Source: Bacillales bacterium UBA4100 (GTDB lineage Bacteria > Bacillota > Bacilli > Paenibacillales > UBA4045). Taken from it: a stretch of 64,000 bases of DNA. The translations under genes were made by a program, and so were the position numbers. The stretch covers positions 2,712 through 66,711 of the forward strand of contig DFXU01000007.1 in the NCBI GenBank assembly GCA_002383285.1, written 5' to 3'. Each line of letters opens with the position of its first letter. Positions within the stretch are counted from its first letter, which is position 1. Shown in pieces: positions 59,175-64,000 of the stretch. The notes under the pieces are model-generated. The model was given only the letters and a program-made list of their open reading frames with translations. It was not told the DNA's origin and did no database searches.

Positions 59175-60007
59175 AGCAATGATCCTGTGTATACTTCAGT
59201 AGCTGGACCAGTCATGTAGATATGATCATCAGACTCATCCCACTCAATATAGAGGTCTCCACCCTTTAAGGAAATCGTAGCAATTCGATCCGTTAAACCA
59301 TTCAATACAGATGAGACTAATGTAGCACAAGCACCGGTACCACAAGCTAGGGTCGGACCCGCTCCCCGCTCCCATACACGCATATCTACAAATTCTCGGG
59401 ATTTCACTGTTGCGAATTCAACATTAATTCGACGTGGAAACATCGGATGATTTTCCAGCTTTGGACCCCATTGCTGCAAATCCATATTCACTGCATCATC
59501 CACATAGATGACACAGTGAGGATTACCCATGGATACTGCTGTAAATTCAAACGTTCGACCATCCACTTCAATGGGATATCGAACAACTGGATTCTGATCT
59601 ACCGTGGTCGGTACCTTCAAGCCATCTAGAATTGGTCGTCCCATATCTACACGTACAGTTGCTACCTTACCAGTCTTATTAAGCGTCAATTGCACATTCT
59701 GAGCACCTGCTCCGATTGTTTCGATCGATAATTCCGTCTTACTTGTTAATCTTCTATCGAATACATATTTGGCCACACATCGAATTGCATTTCCACATTG
59801 TTCTGATTCAGAACCATCAGAATTAATAATGCGCATCATAAAATCAGCATTAATGGAAGGTAGAATATACACAAGACCATCCGCACCAATCCCAAAGTAC
59901 CGATCGCAATACTGAATAGCAAGCTCTGCCGCATTGTCAGGCAAACTAGCCTCAGTTGCTATTACAATAAAATCATTACCCAATCCATTCATTTTCGTAA
60001 AAATCAT
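59171..60007 (-). CDS. dapF: Diaminopimelate epimerase
   Basis: Carries both catalytic Cys contexts, NSDGSESEQCGNAIRC and LACGTGACA. Its stop overlaps the yitJ start (ATGA). Confidence 0.93.
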   Translation of the reverse strand: MIFTKMNGLGNDFIVIATEASLPDNAAELAIQYCDRYFGIGADGLVYILPSINADFMMRIINSDGSESEQCGNAIRCVAKYVFDRRLTSKTELSIETIGAGAQNVQLTLNKTGKVATVRVDMGRPILDGLKVPTTVDQNPVVRYPIEVDGRTFEFTAVSMGNPHCVIYVDDAVNMDLQQWGPKLENHPMFPRRINVEFATVKSREFVDMRVWERGAGPTLACGTGACATLVSSVLNGLTDRIATISLKGGDLYIEWDESDDHIYMTGPATEVYTGSLL

Positions 60008-60100
60008 AGCTAGTATTCACCCCTCCAGCAACTATGCCAGTATCTACTATCCTATATCATACCGCAATTCGATACGGATGCATAGCCATGGAAAGTCGAA

Positions 60101-62890
60101 TTATGCGGCTGACTTGTATGACTTTCTTCCTGAGTAACGTTTGTCTGCGGAATGTCCACCTTTCCCCTTCATTAGACTACCTATCCCAAAGAAGAAGGTT
60201 GGGATTCCAGCTGCAATCAAGACGATCAGCCATTCACTAATTCCTAGCTCGACGGTCTTAAATATGGGCTGCATCGCGTCTACATAAACAACACCTAAGA
60301 GCAATAACACAGAGGAAAGCACCGCTAATACAAGATAACGGTTCTGAAATGGATTGCGATGAAAGATCGAACGTGAGCTGCGACAATCGAAAACATGAAT
60401 ATATTGAGCCATAACAAGAGTTGCAAAAGCCATAGTCTGAGCACGAACCAAATTATCTGCCTCTAAGGGGTTGTACTGTAGACTAATCCAGAAGGCACCT
60501 AATGTACACAGTCCGATTAATGCACCACGACTTATGATTTTCCACCCCAGACGACGTGCGAATATATTCTCCTTGGCTGATCGTGGGCTGTGCTGCATTA
60601 AGTCCTTCTCCGGTTGGTCGACACCAAGCGCCATGGCAGGCAACCCATCTGTCACAAGGTTAACCCATAGAATTTGAATAGGAACGAGCGGTAATGGCAT
60701 GCCCATTAACATGGCAATGAACATTGTTAGAATTTCACCAACGTTTGAAGCGAGCAAATAGCGAATAAATTTACGAATGTTCTCGTAAATACCACGGCCC
60801 TCTTCTATCGCTGCAACAATTGTAGAGAAATTGTCATCGCTTAAAATTAAGGATGAAGCTTCCTTTGTGACATCTGTTCCAGTTATGCCCATGGCAATTC
60901 CGATATCCGCAGCCTTAATTGCCGGTGCATCATTCACACCATCACCCGTCATAGCAACAACATGGCCATTCGCTTTGAGCGCTTTGACGATGCGAAGCTT
61001 ATGCTCCGGAGATACTCTTGCATACACATAAACATCATTAATGATATGATCGAGCTCTTCATCCGACATCGCGCTAAGCTGACGACCTGTTACAGAAAGA
61101 CCACCCTTCTGCATAATACCTAATTTCTCAGCGATAGCTTCTGCAGTTGATTGATGATCTCCGGTAATCATCACCGTCTTAATCCCTGCTTTGCGACATA
61201 GCTGAATGGATGAGCGTACTTCTTGCCTTGGAGGATCCATCATACCCGTCAAGCCGACGAATATAAGCTGCTTCTCCACATCTATTGCTTCGCTTACTGC
61301 ATCATGAGGTCTTAAGACTCGGTAGGCCATACCTATGACACGCAGTGCAGCCTTCGCCATTCCTTCATTAGCGGATAATGCCCGCTGTCGAAGTGTATTC
61401 GTTAATGGAATGACCTTGCCCTCCCATAGAATATGGGAGCAATGATGCAGTAGTTCATCTGGTGCTCCCTTGGCGAATACCATACGACTGCCTTGATGCT
61501 TCACCACAACCGACATCCGTTTACGCTCAGATTCGAAAGGGAACTCAACCTCTCGATGATAGAAGGCAGACATAGATTTTGATGTTATTCCAGCTTTAGC
61601 CCCCAGAACCATTAACGCCCCTTCTGTCGGGTCCCCTTTTATGGTCCATACCGGCTGTACGACCGTTTTTGATGCTTTCTTCTTATTCGTATCCGGTTCT
61701 TCCTCTGTAAGTGCTGCATTGTTACACAAAATCGCTGTGGACAATAATCGCTCCAAGGTGAGATTTTTCTTAGGATCTATATGCTTACCTTCATATTTTA
61801 TTTCACCATATGGGTCGTACCCTGTCCCCGATACCTCAATCAGCTTGCCATCTACCCAGATGTGAGTAACCGTCATCTTATTCTGAGTTAGCGTTCCCGT
61901 CTTGTCAGAGCAGATAACGGATGCGCAGCCCAATGTTTCAACAGAAGGCAGCTTTCTTACAATGGCTCTTCGTTTAATCATACGCTGCACTCCCATCGCA
62001 AGGGCAATGGTCACGATAGCAGGTAGTCCCTCTGGAATAGCGGCAACTGCTAGACTAACACCAGCTAGGAACATCCCATAAGCAGGCTGACCATGAATTA
62101 TTCCAGCTAATACGACGACAATAGTTAAAGCGATGGCAACACCAATGAGAATTTTCCCAAGCTGCTCCAATCGATGCTGGAGAGGTGTCTCACCGGATTC
62201 CGTACTCTGAATAAGGTGTGCAATCTTACCCATCTCCGTGTCCATTCCTGTTCTTACAACTATTCCTCTTGCTGTTCCTCGAGTTACCATCGTACCCATG
62301 AATCCAATATTCTTCTGATCTCCGAGTGCAATGCCCTCTGCTTGAATTTCTCGATTGTGCTTATTCACGGGTAGAGATTCCCCAGTTAAAGCTGATTCCT
62401 CCACATATAAGCTGTTTGCTTCTGTGAACCTTAGATCAGCTGGTATACGATCTCCGCTCTCTAACAAAACAACATCACCTGTAACTAACAAATTAGCAGG
62501 AATATGTTGTGCTACACCACCCCGGATCACATTCGCCATAGGAGATGTCAATTGCTTCAATGCTCTTAAGGAGCGTTCTGCACGATATTCTTGTACAAAT
62601 CCTAGAATTGCGTTCATAATAATAATGGCCACGATCGTAATTGCATCTAGATATTCACCAAGCAACCCGGATATGAGAGTAGCCCCTACAAGCACCAATA
62701 CCATAAAATCTTTGAATTGATTCAAAAATTGCATGATCGCGGATTTACGTTCAGCTTCCTGTAATTCATTCTTACCCTGCTCGGCTAGTCGCGCTTGTGC
62801 GACGTCTTCTTGTAGACCATCTGTTAAGCTGGTTTGCTCTAGAGCACAGACGGAATTTACATCATTCTGATACCATTCTTTGGCGCTCAT
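60101..62890 (-). CDS. yloB: P-type Ca2+-transporting ATPase (YloB/PMCA-SERCA-like)
   Basis: Contains the phosphorylation site CSDKTGTLT, TGDGVNDAPA and ten predicted TM segments. ATG 62890 lies 8 nt after GGAGGAG; the ORF-track start at 63064 adds 58 implausible codons. Confidence 0.92.
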   Translation of the reverse strand: MSAKEWYQNDVNSVCALEQTSLTDGLQEDVAQARLAEQGKNELQEAERKSAIMQFLNQFKDFMVLVLVGATLISGLLGEYLDAITIVAIIIMNAILGFVQEYRAERSLRALKQLTSPMANVIRGGVAQHIPANLLVTGDVVLLESGDRIPADLRFTEANSLYVEESALTGESLPVNKHNREIQAEGIALGDQKNIGFMGTMVTRGTARGIVVRTGMDTEMGKIAHLIQSTESGETPLQHRLEQLGKILIGVAIALTIVVVLAGIIHGQPAYGMFLAGVSLAVAAIPEGLPAIVTIALAMGVQRMIKRRAIVRKLPSVETLGCASVICSDKTGTLTQNKMTVTHIWVDGKLIEVSGTGYDPYGEIKYEGKHIDPKKNLTLERLLSTAILCNNAALTEEEPDTNKKKASKTVVQPVWTIKGDPTEGALMVLGAKAGITSKSMSAFYHREVEFPFESERKRMSVVVKHQGSRMVFAKGAPDELLHHCSHILWEGKVIPLTNTLRQRALSANEGMAKAALRVIGMAYRVLRPHDAVSEAIDVEKQLIFVGLTGMMDPPRQEVRSSIQLCRKAGIKTVMITGDHQSTAEAIAEKLGIMQKGGLSVTGRQLSAMSDEELDHIINDVYVYARVSPEHKLRIVKALKANGHVVAMTGDGVNDAPAIKAADIGIAMGITGTDVTKEASSLILSDDNFSTIVAAIEEGRGIYENIRKFIRYLLASNVGEILTMFIAMLMGMPLPLVPIQILWVNLVTDGLPAMALGVDQPEKDLMQHSPRSAKENIFARRLGWKIISRGALIGLCTLGAFWISLQYNPLEADNLVRAQTMAFATLVMAQYIHVFDCRSSRSIFHRNPFQNRYLVLAVLSSVLLLLGVVYVDAMQPIFKTVELGISEWLIVLIAAGIPTFFFGIGSLMKGKGGHSADKRYSGRKSYKSAA

Positions 62891-63070
62891 ACGCGTATCT
62901 CCTCCATTTTGAGAAATTCCACTGCCCTTACCACTTACATCAGAACTTGTACGTTTACGTTGATATGTATTCAGACAAGCTGAAAAATATCCCATGAAGC
63001 CCTTAAGTTTTGCTATAAAGTATGGCATGATAGTAGAGGCGTTATTAATAGAAGTTAGGAGCATTCAATT

Positions 63071-64000
63071 ATGGCATTAGATGGTCTAGTCACACATGCA
63101 TTAGTCGAACAACTTCAACTGCTCTCCGGAGCCAAAATAAATAAGATTCACCAACCGTCCCCCTACGATGTCATTCTCAATATCCGTTATCAAGGGCAGA
63201 ACGGTAGGTTATTGCTCTCAGCGAACCCTACTTATCCACGGCTGCATCTATCGGAGCATTCATTCATCAATCCAATGGAAGCTCCAATGTTCTGTATGCT
63301 CCTGCGTAAGCATTGTGAGAACGGAACGATAGATCGTATTGAACAGATTGGATCTGAACGAATAATCCATATCCTCATTAATCACCGAGATGAGCTTGGT
63401 GATATCCGAGCTAAGGTAATCGTCATTGAGCTTATGGGGCGCCATAGTAATATTATCCTCCTAGATCCAATAACGCAGACCATTCTAGATGGTATTCAGC
63501 ACGTTACTCCAGCTATTAGCTCTCATCGGATCGTCATGCCAGGAAGTCGTTATGTGGACCCGCCTGATCAGTTAAAGGGCGACCCGCTGCTAACTAGCAA
63601 GGAGCAATTCATCCTAGATATGTCCAAGCGTTTGAATCAACAGACTAGTCCAGATCTTGAGAAACAAGGAAATCTGGAAGAGCTTATGAATTCAGATGAC
63701 CGGCAACCCCAGCTGGAATTATCGCCAGTTATTAAGGATGCTCAATTCTGGTTACAAGCCATCGTGAATGGCTATACGGGGATAAGTCCATTAATTGCAA
63801 GGGAGCTCGTCCATCGATGCACTATCACGCTAGAGCAATCTCAGCAGAAGCTCATAGATACCGACGAATCAGTAGTGCTTAGAGCACTAGGGAATCATTT
63901 TGCAGAGCTTATGAGTCAGATTATGAATAATACCGTTATTCCGAATATCGTGACGCTTCCCTCGGGGAAATCAAGTTTTTCAATTACTGAGCTTAGTCAC
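63071..64000 (+). CDS. rqcH: Ribosome quality-control factor RqcH / fibronectin-binding protein A homologue (YloA). Only the N-terminal 310 codons are present because the gene runs off the window end.
   Basis: Absent from the ORF track because it is open-ended. ATG 63071 lies 8 nt after TAGGAG. My translation begins MALDGLVTHALVEQLQLLSGAKINKIHQP and includes ELMGRHSNIILLD, which is typical of the NFACT-N domain. The gene is divergent from yloB, as in Bacillus. Confidence 0.85.
   Translation, partial: MALDGLVTHALVEQLQLLSGAKINKIHQPSPYDVILNIRYQGQNGRLLLSANPTYPRLHLSEHSFINPMEAPMFCMLLRKHCENGTIDRIEQIGSERIIHILINHRDELGDIRAKVIVIELMGRHSNIILLDPITQTILDGIQHVTPAISSHRIVMPGSRYVDPPDQLKGDPLLTSKEQFILDMSKRLNQQTSPDLEKQGNLEELMNSDDRQPQLELSPVIKDAQFWLQAIVNGYTGISPLIARELVHRCTITLEQSQQKLIDTDESVVLRALGNHFAELMSQIMNNTVIPNIVTLPSGKSSFSITELSH

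Noticed and set aside
62891-63064. 58-codon N-terminal extension of yloB given by the ORF track
   Set aside because: The extension has no RBS and a non-P-type-ATPase-like sequence, and it would run through the divergent rqcH promoter region. An internal ATG at 62890 has a GGAGGAG RBS and a typical ATPase N-terminus.
63260-63445. 61-aa minus-strand ORF
   Set aside because: It lies antisense inside the open-ended rqcH coding region, which has a strong NFACT-N-like translation.
1-64000. Looked for rRNA/tRNA genes, CRISPR arrays, transposases, integrases, phage genes, toxin-antitoxin pairs and known defence systems
   Set aside because: I recognised none in any frame. All large ORFs are accounted for by housekeeping or metabolic families. 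I cannot rule out divergent small elements without database searches.

Overview
This 64-kb window comes from a spore-forming Firmicute of the order Bacillales. spoVM, ylbJ and a SpoVIF-like gene are present, and the gene order looks Paenibacillus-like, though that genus call is inference only. Nearly all genes are on the minus strand.

Two deeply conserved housekeeping blocks dominate.
- Block A (1-21.4 kb): trmD-rimM-khpA-rpsP-ffh-ylxM, then namA, ftsY-smc-rnc, then an E. coli-like yceD-rpmF-(fapR)-plsX-fabH-fabD-fabG-acpP-fabF cluster, then ylbL, ylbJ, coaD and rsmD.
- Block B (38.4-64 kb): recG-degV-yloV, rpmB, spoVM, rpe-rsgA-prkC-prpC-rlmN-rsmB-fmt-def-priA-coaBC-rpoZ-gmk-remA, then yitJ-dapF, yloB and the start of rqcH.

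Between the blocks lies a roughly 17-kb variable segment (21.4-38.4 kb), where most of the non-routine observations fall.
- An orphan structured RNA candidate that ends in its own intrinsic terminator.
- A lone 720-aa outlier of the IlvD/Edd dehydratase family, flanked by tiny orphan ORFs.
- A TPP-riboswitch-controlled thiY / YkoF-like / thiX / thiZ transporter operon that ends in a translationally coupled TatD-family hydrolase.
- A five-gene cluster with four phosphohydrolases from three superfamilies plus a TylM1-like methyltransferase. One HAD gene in it has no canonical start codon.
- A GntR/SDR pair, a GNAT gene, glpX, a DUF2062 gene and a SpoVIF-like gene.

Outside that segment four things stood out.
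- A 62-nt tandem repeat in the ffh-rpsP spacer.
- A roughly 29-bp composite hairpin that starts in the rnc stop codon.
- An unlisted 26-codon spoVM.
- dapF translationally coupled to yitJ, with no room for an S-box riboswitch.

I recognised no rRNA, tRNA, CRISPR array, transposase, integrase or known defence system. I cannot claim a clearly novel multi-gene system. The strongest candidates for follow-up are the orphan RNA, the riboswitch-linked TatD hydrolase and the phosphohydrolase/methyltransferase cluster. All functional calls come from reading motifs in the supplied translations, from synteny and from memory of the protein families; no database search was run.
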